A stretch of DNA of 62,780 nt, filler included, from Globobulimina sp. (GCA_003354225.1; 48 parts of 48 records of this genome joined end to end with filler, not necessarily neighbours in it); one strand, 5' to 3'. Counted from the whole stretch's first letter, positions 36,737-48,958 are shown. Made by a program: numbers and translations. Notes: generated by a model not told the origin, from the letters alone.

Positions 36737-37527
36737 ATGTCCAAAGTAATGGAAGCAACTACACTTAATACAGTAACAGTAGTTGCTGCAAATAATAATA
36801 TGCTTAATTCAGAAATAAAAGAAATGGAACCAAATCAGCAGCAGCAGCATAATGAGCATATTAATTCAATTAATTGGGATAAATTAAGGTATATATACGT
36901 TAATTTTTTTATGTTATATACATATTTTTTGCATGCCTTGTAATTATAAGACATGGCAGCAATGTGAATTTTATATCAAATAATTGTATTGAAACAGGAG
37001 CGTATTCCTTGGCTCTCTGTGATGCAATGATATCGACATCAAACAGCATAGATAATCGATATTTTTTATGGGAAATATGTGTTGACCGTATTGCCAAAGA
37101 ATCGTCGTTTATCGGATATATTAATGGTCCCTTACCAAAGTATGATGCAATGGCAAATAGTCAGACGACAAATGTCTGTTTAACTGAAGGTAAAAGAAAT
37201 CATGCCAATCAATTTGCGATTGCTTTCAATAATAAATCAAAATATATTCAATTATTTGGTAAAAATAGAACAAAATCAAAACTAAGCCTTGAGAGATATG
37301 CTGTAAATGGTGATAAATTTTTATTTGTTGTGGATTGGATGAGTAAATATATTCTTTTATATCATAATGGAAAGAAAGTTGGCATTGTATTTAAAAACAT
37401 TTCAAATTGTATAATACCAGCTGTATCTGGAAGGAGTGCGAAATACACCATTCAAATTATTACGGATACGGCAATTGTCACTAAGCAAGAACCAAAAGCT
37501 TCAAGTTGGTCTTTTTGGGGTAATTGA
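36737..37527 (+). CDS. SPRY/B30.2-like domain protein, intron 36889-36950
   Basis: Splicing joins WDKLR-HGSNVNF. WEICVD, FIGY, NGDKF, LYHNGKKVG, IIPAVS. Confidence 0.7.
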
Positions 37528-38121
37528 CATTGATTGAATGCATGTTCATGTTAATCTTATTTGTTTTGTTAGAGTTCTATTAATTATATACTAGTATACT
37601 TTATAACTTTTCTTTTAATTGAAATTGTATACATTATCCTTGCACCGCATGTAAATCCCCACAGATTTTAAATTGTTCAAACACGCATTTAATGAAAAGT
37701 TTTTCAGAGAGTTCTCGCATGGCTAGTTTGCGTCCGTTATTATGTGATGACAGGTTATCCAAAGATGAAAAGTATCATTTACAAAGTATATTGACAGACT
37801 TTGAACGGCAACAACAAGAAAAGATATCCAATTTTGATCGAGTATCACATAAACATTCCTTGAATCGAAACGAGTCATTAAGTCAAGCTATTAATTGGTC
37901 TCCATNNNNNNNNNNNNNNNNNNNNNNNNNNNNNNNNNNNNNNNNNNNNTTAATTAATTAANNNNNNNNNNNNNNNNNNNNNNNNNNNNNNNNNNNNNNN
38001 NNNNNCCACCTTTATCGTATGCTTCGTCGGTGTTTATTGCGATTGGTAGATTTTGCCAATGCAATAGATCTGTACTGACGGCGTGACCCCAGGTACGAGG
38101 CGTTTTATATTGAAACATTAA

Positions 38122-38835
38122 ATGTCATTGTTATTGTTACGTCGTATGAACGGCATACGAATTGTCCACATATCTCAACTCGGCCACAACAAATCAGTAT
38201 TACAACCACAATATATTGCCATTCGAAGATATGTCAATCCCGATGGCGACTATATGGAATTAAGTGAAACCGCTTGGAAAGAAAAAAGATTATATCGATA
38301 TTATAAATTCTCCAATAACTTATCAGGTAAATTAATATAAACTCTCTACTAACAAATTCGCAAAATCGCATACAAAATATCAAATCTATCAGTAACGCAG
38401 CAAGGAAAAGGCTACGCAGCCGGTTTATATGTGATTGCTGGCTTTTTAGTGATGTTTTTTGTTGTGGCTTGGATCGACATTGAAACGTGTGTACAATACA
38501 GGCGTTTTAGGACCATTCGAAAGGAAATAACAAAGCCATGGCTTACGGCAGCCGCTGCAAATGGATTTTGGACTGGTTGGGGATATTCAAAATCTAAATT
38601 AAATGAAATGTACGATACTGATTTGCCACAAATCGCAAAAAAACATGATGCTCCAACTAGACGGGAGTGGCAAAAGGAAATGTGTTTAGCACAATGCATT
38701 AAAAGGGAAAAGGAGTTTGATTCGCCGTATCATTTTAACAATGTGGATAACACAATGCCACCAAACGCGCATCCTGCGTATCACGCATTTGTTGAGAATG
38801 AGAAAGCAAAAAAAGGCATTGCGCAATTGGATTAA
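38122..38835 (+). CDS. Single-TM protein with a mitochondrial-type presequence, intron 38327-38392
   Basis: Arg/Leu-rich N-terminus lacking acidic residues. A 66-nt GTAAAT..CAG intron joins two track ORFs. One TM helix. Confidence 0.65.
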
Positions 38836-38918
38836 ATACAATATTGTGTATAACATTTTGTTGTGACAAGTTTTTTTTTGTCGAGGTTTCACATTTTCTC
38901 AGTCAGTCTCTGGTTGGT

Positions 38919-39194
38919 TTAGGTTTTGGAGGGCATGTTTGATTCGTAATTTTTTTTAAGGAATCGGTATTTAGAGATCTGAGTTGTGCGTTCTAAGTCT
39001 GTTAAATGCCATTTGGCGTTGTTGAGCGCTTTCTTTATTATTAGTTGGTCAGTTTCATTGGAATGGGAGTAATATTCATCGCGTACTCTGTTCAACAGCT
39101 TTTTGCCATCACCTGGGTAGATTTTAGAGACATGGACGAATTGTTTGTATAGTCGATGGCCTTTGCGCTTGAAGGAATTGCTGATCCATGGCAT
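38919..39194 (-). CDS. ETFRF1: LYR-motif protein, LYRM5/ETFRF1-like
   Basis: LYKQF...YP, and the C-terminal LE...KYRFLKKNY matches LEALYFLRKYRAMKQRY of LYRM5. Confidence 0.7.
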   Translation of the reverse strand: MPWISNSFKRKGHRLYKQFVHVSKIYPGDGKKLLNRVRDEYYSHSNETDQLIIKKALNNAKWHLTDLERTTQISKYRFLKKNYESNMPSKT

Positions 39195-39789
39195 GATTTC
39201 TTCTAAATCTCGAGGNNNNNNNNNNNNNNNNNNNNNNNNNNNNNNNNNNNNNNNNNNNNTTAATTAATTAANNNNNNNNNNNNNNNNNNNNNNNNNNNNN
39301 NNNNNNNNNNNNNNNTTCCGTTTATGCGGCGGTGACTGCGCCTGCTCACATTCATAGATTGCTTGTTGGAATAACTTGATTGCGTCATATTGTCCGCACA
39401 GAGATTCTTGCTCAATTTCCTCCTTTTTCTTGGCCGCAGATCGTATGCACGACAATGTGTTGGCTGCGGATAGGTCGCTGTTGCTGATAATTCTTCCCTT
39501 ATCAAACACATATATATCAACACACAAATCAGTTGCAAACCAAATACAATCAGACAAAGAAAACAGATATCCATACAAATCTCCGCTATTATTCTTGTTC
39601 TCGGCCTCTTTGCCCAACAAATTCAACGGGCGGATTCTGGGAAACATCGACGTTCCTCGCTATATATCACACATTTCATGCATAAAATACATACATATAT
39701 CATCATCACGACCCACTGTGTCATACCATATAGGACTCGATTTCTTGCACACTGCGCGGCAATGCTTTGCTTAATAGCTCCTTCAATTC

Positions 39790-40123
39790 GATCAAGCCTT
39801 TATTGACCAATTTCGCCGTCTGGCTCTCTAATTTCTTGATGGTGCAGCCGACCTTCATCATGCTGATCAACTCCGTGCGATGGAATCCGATTCTTGCAAA
39901 CCTGTAAAGTAATTGAAATCAGATTGTTGGCGGTATGAGTACCGGCCATCAGAACTGAATTTAGACTCTGGATTTGAGGCCAGGATAAAACAGGAATCGA
40001 GAGGGATTTTGCGAAATAATCTCTTCTGACGGGATTCGTATTCATTGCGTGTGATTCCTGCAGTGATTTCGTTGCTTTTTATTAAATGCGGTTCGTGGTA
40101 GAATGTTGGCTGTGCGATTTTAT
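39790..40123 (-). pseudogene. XPNPEP3: Rearranged fragments of mitochondrial Xaa-Pro aminopeptidase (Icp55/XPNPEP3)
   Basis: Manual translation AQPTFYHEPHLIKSNEITAGITRNEYESRQKRL...YRQQSDFNYFTGLQESDS (AMP_N domain), then another frame gives ELISMMKVGCTIKKLE...LVNKGLIEL. Not in the ORF track. Confidence 0.7.
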
Positions 40124-40427
40124 GATTGATTTAGCCACCAAATATTTTTCATTTTTCATTCTTAATTCATTCGTATGATGAGGTCGAGGTCGAGGTCGCC
40201 TCAGGGATTGAACCTGAATGTTCTGGATCCATACATCCAGCGCTCTACTTAAGCTATGCGATAATCCATAAGCATACCAATCAAATTCCATTAAATAAAT
40301 TTATACCCAATCATTTTCTGGATTGTTTCCTTTTCTTTTCTTGTTGTTTTGGCATCTTTTTAAAAAGTGCAAGACTTCTCGAACTGATTGGAAATTAAAG
40401 AGCTGTTTGACAGAGTTTTTAAAAAAT

Positions 40428-40525
40428 GGAAGGAAAATAGGTTAATAATAAAATGTTAATGGTTCCCGATGAAACACAACCTTTAAGAATTCAATTTTGA
40501 CTTTCAATGTTTTTATTTTGAATAA
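40428..40525 (+). mobile_element. Left end of the ~170-bp MITE family at a contig end
   Basis: Begins with the full TIR GGAAGGAAAATAGGTTAATAATAAAATGTTAA. Confidence 0.88.
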
Positions 40526-40625
40526 NNNNNNNNNNNNNNNNNNNNNNNNNNNNNNNNNNNNNNNNNNNNTTAATTAATTAANNNNNNNNNNNNNNNNNNN
40601 NNNNNNNNNNNNNNNNNNNNNNNNN

Positions 40626-41835
40626 GATGATGGCACAATGGACACAAGAGTTGTCATATGGACCATCAATACTGCTGTCAAAGATGAAATTCAAGAAATT
40701 CTGCCACCTGAAATTTTAAAATTAGACGATTTGGTCTGCGCTGTAGTTAAAAGAACATCTCGTTTTCTGTTGCGCGGAGTTGCAATAGATACCATTGAAA
40801 CAATGGTTCGCAACTGCTATGGCTACAAAGGCAAAAACACCATTGTAGATATGATCGTAAACACTAGTTAGATTAATGTGAGTATATTATGTACAGTGGA
40901 TAAACTGATTTTTTGATATATGTATTTTATGATCTATTTTCTGGTTGATCACCAGTCACTGCTTGTCAGTGATTTCTTTTTTGTTTATGTATGAGTGCGT
41001 GTGTGCTAACATCAATTTTCAGCCATGGCCATCCCATTGGATAGTGTCAGAGTTCATTATGCTCGGATCTATTTTACAGCTCAACAACTAAACGCATTGA
41101 AGTCAGAGGAAGATGTTGTGAAACATAGCCAACCAGTCAATTCACTTCATTTTCGATATGATCAAGGATCACCCGAAATAGAAAATTGGGCCATATTTCG
41201 GTAAATTTATCTCCATGTAATAATGTATGTGTGTAAATTATTATATTTTCAGATTTGCTCTAAATCGATGCAATTATGGATGTTCTGGTAAGTAATTGTG
41301 TGTGGAGAAAACCTAAACAAAAACTCATATAGATTTTTACAGGATTTTTTTGTCTGAAGGGCAGGAGTCTATTACCAAATCAGTTGAGACGCGGACTTCG
41401 TTCCAGTCCATATTCAAAAAGTAGACCAGCCATCGTGGGTGTCAAAGTGGGTAGTTTGCATGAAAATGACAACCACACTACTATCAAGAGTATTGCCATA
41501 CAACATTGCACATTCTTCTCACCTAATATGCACTGTGAAATTCAATCGCCAGATGTTCAAGTATGTGATTTTTGTTTCTTTGTTTTTAGCACTCAATTTG
41601 CACGCATACTTTACAGCTTCATCGTTTGATTAAATTACCCTCAACTGATGACCCATTAGATCCAATTTTCCTTGACTTGTGGATTGTCTTTCTTCCACCA
41701 AAAACCAATCAGTTAATCCGCTGTCATGGAACACCATTTTCTTTTGGTCCATTAATCTCTCGCCCCGTATCTGCCATGCAAACGTTGTACGAAGAACGAG
41801 ATCAAACAGCTGACACAGATCTTATCCTAAGCTCA
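40626..41835 (+). CDS. Five-exon fragment of a probable nematode gene, possibly leading into a BTB domain
   Basis: Four introns with TTTTCAG/TTTACAG acceptors splice into one open frame, ending ADTDLILSS. Confidence 0.6.
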
Positions 41836-41935
41836 NNNNNNNNNNNNNNNNNNNNNNNNNNNNNNNNNNNNNNNNNNNNTTAATTAATTAANNNNNNNNN
41901 NNNNNNNNNNNNNNNNNNNNNNNNNNNNNNNNNNN

Positions 41936-43145
41936 CCTTTGTTTGTATCCATATAACGGTCCAACACCACACTGTCCATAGTAATGAATAGCGACTGGCA
42001 GATTTTCTCAATTTTGTTCTCATAATCAAAGGGAAAAACATTGACGGGGTGGGAAAAATGGTTATCTCTTAACTGATGTTCGAGGGAATAGCTCCAGACC
42101 GAGGTATCACGGATCAATTTGTCCGAAATCACTGAACCATCCATACGTAATACAAACGCATCATCGCTTAATGGCGGGATGCGATATAATGCAAACAGGC
42201 CATTTAAATCAATGTCAGTATAGAAATCATTGTGAAATTCGCGCATTATACTCGCCGCTCCGTAGAAGGTATTCATCATTTTGCGATTATATCCATTCAC
42301 AATTTGTCTACGCAATACGTCATCATTTACATCGCGAAGCGGTACACGTCCACCTGGCTGGGATTGTAATTGAACGTCGACATCCATCCATTTATAACTG
42401 GGCGCTTTTAATTCAATGGAGATTGGCATAGTTCTGTATGCCATGACATTGTCTAATTTGTCGCCAATATTTAAGTCATATCCATGCAATAATGCTACAA
42501 TTCCACTATTGGCTGTAAATGGGCTGAATACAATGTTGTTGTTGCCGCCTTTGATGTCGCCATTTTCCGGAGTTACAAACGATAAAATATGCCGTTCGTC
42601 AGTGTCAATGGACCGCATTTTCCGCCAGGTTTGGCTTCGTAACATGCCCATTGCCTCAATACCAGGGCCACTAAACTCCACAGGGTTTGGTACAATGACC
42701 GGTCTGTAGTCACTGCGCTGGATCACTTTGGGATACATCGCCATTTTGGCAATGATACGATTATAAATGTCATTAGTCACGGAATGGGCGGTCGTATAGC
42801 CATCGATTAATAAATTATGCGGTTCCACGCCTAACGAATATCTGCCGGTCACTTTTCGATAGCGGCGCAAATTCGCAATCAACGAACGTCTGTCATTTTG
42901 TCTTTTTTTGTCGAAGGAATTGTTAACTTTGGGCGGAGGCTGCTCGTTTCTGGCAGTCACTTTTTGCCGTTTATTATATCTGCCGGACTGGGCACGATGC
43001 ACTGCACTTTTTAATTGTAACGATGCCGAATTCTGTAATGGTGTCTGATTTTGCGCCAAGAACGCACTAAAATTACGCACTGGCTTCGTCTTCATTTGCT
43101 CATGTCGTTGAATATCATAGCCACTCTGCTTCAATACTTCTTGCA
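41936..43145 (-). CDS. Intronless hypothetical protein (~400 aa, open at both ends)
   Basis: Uninterrupted frame across the contig, GC higher than the dominant host genes, no recognised domain. Confidence 0.75.
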
Positions 43146-43247
43146 NNNNNNNNNNNNNNNNNNNNNNNNNNNNNNNNNNNNNNNNNNNNTTAATTAATTA
43201 ANNNNNNNNNNNNNNNNNNNNNNNNNNNNNNNNNNNNNNNNNNNNAT

Positions 43248-43694
43248 TCGCATAGAAAACATTTTTATAATGGATATAAATATCATCCGCGTAATCTTTT
43301 AGTTGTGGATGGCAACAAGAGATATTACAGCGGCACTAATTCAGATTTTGGAGATGAAGAAGTGGATTGGATAATATTTAAGTGTTCAGATTTGTGGTTT
43401 CCAACAAAATTTGTGATAAAAAATCGCGGAACGACAACAAGTGTTCAAACAATGCGAATATTGATTGGAAATGATAATAATAAATGGTTTCCATTAAACT
43501 CAAACGAAACAACAGTTGCAAAAAAAACAAGAGAGCATCAATCTTTTCCAATTTCCGGAATTGATTATAAAATGATTAAAGAGTATCAACTGAAACGCAT
43601 AAAATTAGAATTCATTACAAATCATGGATGTGAGGAAGCAGATTATGTTCGATTTAATCTTAATGAATTCCAGCTCCATGGTATTAAATTGTAA
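43248..43694 (+). CDS. Galactose-binding/discoidin-like beta-sandwich domain, C-terminal part
   Basis: HPRNLL, DWIIF, IKLEFITNHG, EFQLHG. Confidence 0.6.
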   Translation, partial: SHRKHFYNGYKYHPRNLLVVDGNKRYYSGTNSDFGDEEVDWIIFKCSDLWFPTKFVIKNRGTTTSVQTMRILIGNDNNKWFPLNSNETTVAKKTREHQSFPISGIDYKMIKEYQLKRIKLEFITNHGCEEADYVRFNLNEFQLHGIKL

Positions 43695-43857
43695 AACTAA
43701 TCGTGACAGTTTGTCTATATAATTAGTGCTAGTTTACACGTTTGAAACAGTTGAAACCTTTTTGTTAACGTACGTGTGCACGGATAATCGACCAAGATAA
43801 ATTCACCATAACTAGCTACGTAAAAGAAAACTTAAATTAAAGTTACAGTTTTTTTAA

Positions 43858-44125
43858 TTAGTTTGACACAATCAATTTCATATAGAAATTAACACTTCCA
43901 TTTACATATCGATGTGTATTTGTTTTTGGTGCATCGGTTGGGATATTCAGTGTGCTTAAATTATTTGGTTTCAACAATGCTTGTTTTCTGGGATCTTCTT
44001 TTAATTTGACGAGATATCTTCCTTTGTTGGCATCATAACTCACAATGAATGCTTTTTTACCATTCCACTGTATTCGATTTTGCAATCCGATGATGACTGC
44101 AATGTCTCCTTCTGAAAACGTTCCA
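43858..44125 (-). CDS. Fragment with a GL....xNG SH3/KOW-like module
   Basis: FSEGDIAVIIGLQNRIQWNGKKAFIVSYDANKGRYLVKL...LLKPNNL. Confidence 0.6.
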
Positions 44126-44454
44126 GCTGACAATGAAGCAGTAACAAGAAATAATAAAGGATACATGTTAATGAATGAGAAACGACACAATGAAGCATTA
44201 AAGGAATTGCATTCTGCATTAAAGATAAAACTTGAAATATTTGGTGATAATGATAATCGAACTGCGATCACCACACTGTTGTTGGCTGATTGTTATTTGG
44301 AAATGAATCAATTCAACAATGCCGTAACATATTGCACGGAAACCATTAGAATAAGAAAAAAATTGCATGATCAGCTTCAGCAGTTTAAAAATCCCCAAAT
44401 ATTACAAAAAATTGGAAAAATACAAAAAAAAATTTGGCCAGGACATAAATTAAA
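44120..44454 (+). CDS. Tetratricopeptide-repeat fragment (kinesin light chain-type)
   Basis: NNKGY...EALKELHSALKIKLEIFG...TAITTLLLADCY...A. Confidence 0.75.
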
Positions 44455-44767
44455 NNNNNNNNNNNNNNNNNNNNNNNNNNNNNNNNNNNNNNNNNNNNTT
44501 AATTAATTAANNNNNNNNNNNNNNNNNNNNNNNNNNNNNNNNNNNNNNNNNNNNTGTTTGTATACGTTCAAATTCCCGATGATCGTAAAACGTTGTTTCC
44601 GTTCGAGACGACGTCGAGAACTGATATGACGTTTTCAGATCAGAGCGGGTAACGTTTCTGTGCGGTTTCCAAGAAACTGCGCATTTTACAAGCTTAACTT
44701 TTTCAGCTTGACAAAGTTTTTTCTTTTTATCATGGATTTCATCTTTCTGTTTGTTGTGTATATAGCA

Positions 44768-45694
44768 ACTCCATCGTCGCCGATAGGTATATCAAACCGA
44801 TGGGAACCGGTTCAACCGCTTCCACCGCAACAATCGCAATCACAACAGCCGCAAATGTCACAACAGCCGCATTGGAATTGTCGAATATGTACATATGCAA
44901 ATCACCCACAAATGAAATGTTGTGAACTCTGTGAGCAACAAACAAATCCAAATAATGAGCAACCGCCTCGCAAAAATGCAGCAAATACTCACAACGCGCC
45001 GCCACAAAATATAAATAATAATGTTGCTGAGCAAAAACAGGCAGATAAGCATTTAAAAGGCGATTATATTAAAGACAGTGATTTATTGATGATGCTTGAA
45101 ATGGGCGTATTTGATGAATATGAAAATTCGCAACAATTTGAACGAGAAAAACAAAAAAAAGAAGACGAATTAGAAGAATTACGGCAAAAAATTGTGGCGT
45201 TGGAGGCAGAAAAAGAAAAAGCAGCAAAAGAAAAAATGGTGGCGTTGGAGGCAGAGAAACAACAAAAACAACAAAAACAACAAATACAGCCTACATTTGT
45301 GCCAATTGCAAATAATACGAATTCGAATCTGAGTCTAAATGTATTGCCTCCACCGTCTATGAATAAGCAACAAATTGGAAATGCATCGGATCGTACCGTT
45401 GCTATTTATCGTCAAGAACCGCCATATTATGGGTCGCCAATGATGGCTCAAAATTATTTATCGCATAATATGTGTCAAAGAGCAATACGAGGAACACAGT
45501 ATGGAGCGAATAATGTAAATAGATTAAGAAATTATTCTCGCGGCCCATTATCGAATGGGATGAATGGATTAAATCAAAGCGTTCAACCAAATCCATTATC
45601 GAATGGCATGAATGGATTAAATCAAATTATGAATATTTTTCAAAATGCGAGAAATCAAGGCAGATTTGGAGGTGATTTCCATTTTCATTTTTAA
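44768..45694 (+). CDS. RanBP2/NZF-type zinc finger plus coiled-coil, Q/N-rich protein (5' end uncertain)
   Basis: WNCRICTYAN...CELC, E/K/Q-rich coil, internal repeats VALEAEK x2 and PLSNGMNGLNQ x2. Confidence 0.75.
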   Translation, partial: TPSSPIGISNRWEPVQPLPPQQSQSQQPQMSQQPHWNCRICTYANHPQMKCCELCEQQTNPNNEQPPRKNAANTHNAPPQNINNNVAEQKQADKHLKGDYIKDSDLLMMLEMGVFDEYENSQQFEREKQKKEDELEELRQKIVALEAEKEKAAKEKMVALEAEKQQKQQKQQIQPTFVPIANNTNSNLSLNVLPPPSMNKQQIGNASDRTVAIYRQEPPYYGSPMMAQNYLSHNMCQRAIRGTQYGANNVNRLRNYSRGPLSNGMNGLNQSVQPNPLSNGMNGLNQIMNIFQNARNQGRFGGDFHFHF

Positions 45695-45967
45695 TTATTT
45701 TTGCTTGTGATTGGACTAAGTTTTTTTTTTGTGATTGAACTAAGTTTTTTTTTTTATTTGTATNNNNNNNNNNNNNNNNNNNNNNNNNNNNNNNNNNNNN
45801 NNNNNNNTTAATTAATTAANNNNNNNNNNNNNNNNNNNNNNNNNNNNNNNNNNNNNNNNNNNNCATCAATCAACTTTTTTGTGTATATATTATAGTTATA
45901 TAATAAGCAAAAACGGAGAGTGTTATAAAATAACATACGCTCTCTATTTGATTTGAACATAGCCTGA

Positions 45968-46599
45968 TGGCGAAATATCTTTCTTCATAACCTCCCATTC
46001 CCTTTTCTGTAGTCCTAATTTTATTGCTTCCCTTTTATTATTATTTATAAATATTTTTAATAAAACGTTTCTGTCCTTTAATGTATTGCATATTACGTGA
46101 TGATAGATTTTATTATTATTTATTTTGATTTTTTCCATATTCTCCTCCATTCCAACCAATAAAGCTCGACTAATATTTACGGATAAACTCCGTCCATCAC
46201 TCAATATTATGTCTTGATATCCATTCTCATTCCAACAACAACCTCCGCTTTGCATTGATGCCACACAAAAAGAAGAAAAATCCGATGTAATATATGCACC
46301 ATTTCCAGTTTCATCAATCAACTTTTTTGTGTATATATTATAGTTATATAATAAGCAAAAACGGAGAGTGTTATAAAATAACATACGCTCTCTATTTGAT
46401 TTGAACATAGCCTGAAACAATAGCTTTGTGATCCATATTGTACCAAGGAATTTGTTTTCTTTTTTCTATCGTATTTTAGCCCTGTTCCAATTATTTGGTT
46501 TCTCATAAATTTCTTCTGCTCTTTGATGAGTTCTACCATTTTAGCTCTAATTTTTGTTAATATTAATGGCGAAACTTTTTCTTCTAAGAGTTCTTCCAT
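45968..46599 (-). CDS. Hypothetical protein, intron 46322-46386, cut by a tandem-duplication junction
   Basis: A phase-0 GTATGT..AAG intron joins NQIES to LIDETGNG. 45864-45967 duplicates 46312-46415. Confidence 0.6.
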
Positions 46600-47172
46600 A
46601 ATGATAGGGGATGTAATGGCACTTAATGTAATGTACAGTGTCACAAGAGAGTGACTGAAGTGAAGTGAAGTGAAGAGAAGTCGACCCCTATTTTAGTGAA
46701 AATCGCAACTATAAATAAAATGCGGCCAAAAATCACTTTGACTCGTAAGCCAGATCCTTCAGATCCCTTGATGTTTCAAAAAAGATGCTAGTTCCTTACT
46801 AAAAAAAAGATGCAAGATCCCTCACTCAATGCAGTTGGAAAATCGTAATTATAATTTCAAACAAAAAATGTAAGGAGTTGCAATTAATAATATAATTTAT
46901 ATGTGTTGGTACCGATGATGTTTTCTCATCAAAAATACACATGTTTCCATGATCAAACTTCAACTATGATAAGCAAATAATTTCTAAATATGTGATATCA
47001 TGTTTCCATCTCTACTTTTATCCTATTTGCGTTTCCTGAAATAATATCCAGTTTTTATATCATTTTTTTTGTNNNNNNNNNNNNNNNNNNNNNNNNNNNN
47101 NNNNNNNNNNNNNNNNTTAATTAATTAANNNNNNNNNNNNNNNNNNNNNNNNNNNNNNNNNNNNNNNNNNNN

Positions 47173-48381
47173 TGGTATCCAATTAAAATAAGAGCCCTCC
47201 AATTTATTCACTTTAACTCCGCCAAAATATAATTGTTTATCCCATGATGGTAAACTTGAAAATACGCACGTATGTCTTTGAAACATTCGCGTAAAATTGG
47301 TCTCCAATAAACCATCCAATCCCAATCTGGCTGCAAATTCTGTCAAAAATAAACCCAATGGAGCTACGAATGATTTTTTTAATTTCTCACCGTTTTTATT
47401 TATAACAATTAATCGTTGCTCAAAATCAGCAATCTGTATCGGAAAAGCCCAGCTATTCCTTTATAGTTTTCAATATTATTCAAATGTGAAACAATCAGAA
47501 TTAAATTGCAAAGATTCATACATTGAAAACCCATTTTTTAACCAATCTGTTTGCCCTAAAAATTCCTCTTTTGGTGGAAATCCAAATGCCAACATCGATG
47601 TCATTGATATATTTTTATTTTTATTAAAAAAATCCGCGTCTTGAGATAAAATATATGCGCGTATACCAGAACAGGTTAAACATGTTATAATGTCATTGAA
47701 TGACACATTAAATTTAGTTTTCAATAACTTAATATCATTTATTTTGAATGGCACCTTATTACGTACATGGATTTGTGTTTTGGGTCCATGGATTTTATCA
47801 TCTGGTTTAAAGGCACAAATTGTATCACATCGACCATTAATTGTATACCATATTTGATATATATCTGCGATTAAATGATAATATGTTATCGGATTGAACC
47901 AATTGGTTTTCATTCCGCATTGTTTCTGGTTTTCGGTGCGTTTTAATATCGGATTTTGTGGCGAACCAATTGGTTTTCCATTAATATCTTGCAATAAATC
48001 CGCGGCAATGGGTATCAATCGGATACCGTCGGCAATGCCATGTGATACCCTCCAGAGCCATAATGACAAACCGTTGTTATTTTCAATATAATGAAATATC
48101 CATAATGGTAAATCTTTTGGTAAGTGTTGATTACATAAATCATCGATTAATGCATATAACTCATTGTTATCGGAGACAATATGTTTTTTAATCATTCTGT
48201 CATAGACACGTTCATTTATTTCAATCGGTGTCCATTTTGTATTCCATAATGGCGATGAGGAAGATTTTAGTGTACCAGTATGCGTTAAACGTTTATATTT
48301 ATAAAATTTGTCAATTATCATTGGTTTAAGGTGATTCTCAAAATCAAGTTTATCTTCAAAATAAATACAACAATTCTGAGT
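47173..48381 (-). CDS. Wax ester synthase / diacylglycerol acyltransferase (WS/DGAT), internal fragment, intron 47459-47521
   Basis: LPKDLPLW, RVSHGIADG (HxxxDG), SFNDII...GIRAY, CVFSSLP. Confidence 0.85.
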
Positions 48382-48482
48382 NNNNNNNNNNNNNNNNNNN
48401 NNNNNNNNNNNNNNNNNNNNNNNNNTTAATTAATTAANNNNNNNNNNNNNNNNNNNNNNNNNNNNNNNNNNNNNNNNNNNNC

Positions 48483-48958
48483 ATCCGCGATTTAGCACCA
48501 TCCAACTATGTTTTGGTGCACTACGAAAATTATTTTGTTCCCCCAAATCCACACAGAGGTGGTGATGGATATTTCACAACTTCTAAACTGAGACCAAAAC
48601 TACTTCACTGCAGCTATCATTGCATTAAAAATAGGTAATTTTTTACATTTAAAAGTATTTTTTTAACAAACAGTATGTACAGCCCCTACAGTACAAACAG
48701 TATGTACAGCCCCTGCAGTACAAACTGCATGTACAGCCCCTGCAGTACAAACAGTATGTTTATATATATATTATGTGTTATAGGTATCCATACATTTCAT
48801 ATGATTTGTTGAGAATGGATCCCAATTTGATTCTTGAACCAATTCATGAGCAATTATTAATTGAACAATTTGGAAAACCAAAATTTGAAGATGCCACAGT
48901 AGATTGGACAAAAAACCCCATTCCTCCTTACCAACCACAATTGAATGTGGTGCATTAA
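48483..48958 (+). CDS. Last two exons of a hypothetical (probably metazoan) protein, intron 48635-48783
   Basis: VLVHYENY...LHCSYHCIKNR splices in frame to YPYISYD. Confidence 0.45.
48666..48759. repeat. 27-bp intronic minisatellite, about 3.5 copies
   Basis: ACAAACAGTATGTACAGCCCCT(A/G)CAGT units. Confidence 0.9.

Noticed and set aside
40866-40885. TAG read-through before a GTGAGT donor
   Set aside because: An upstream GTTAG donor gives the correct phase without recoding.
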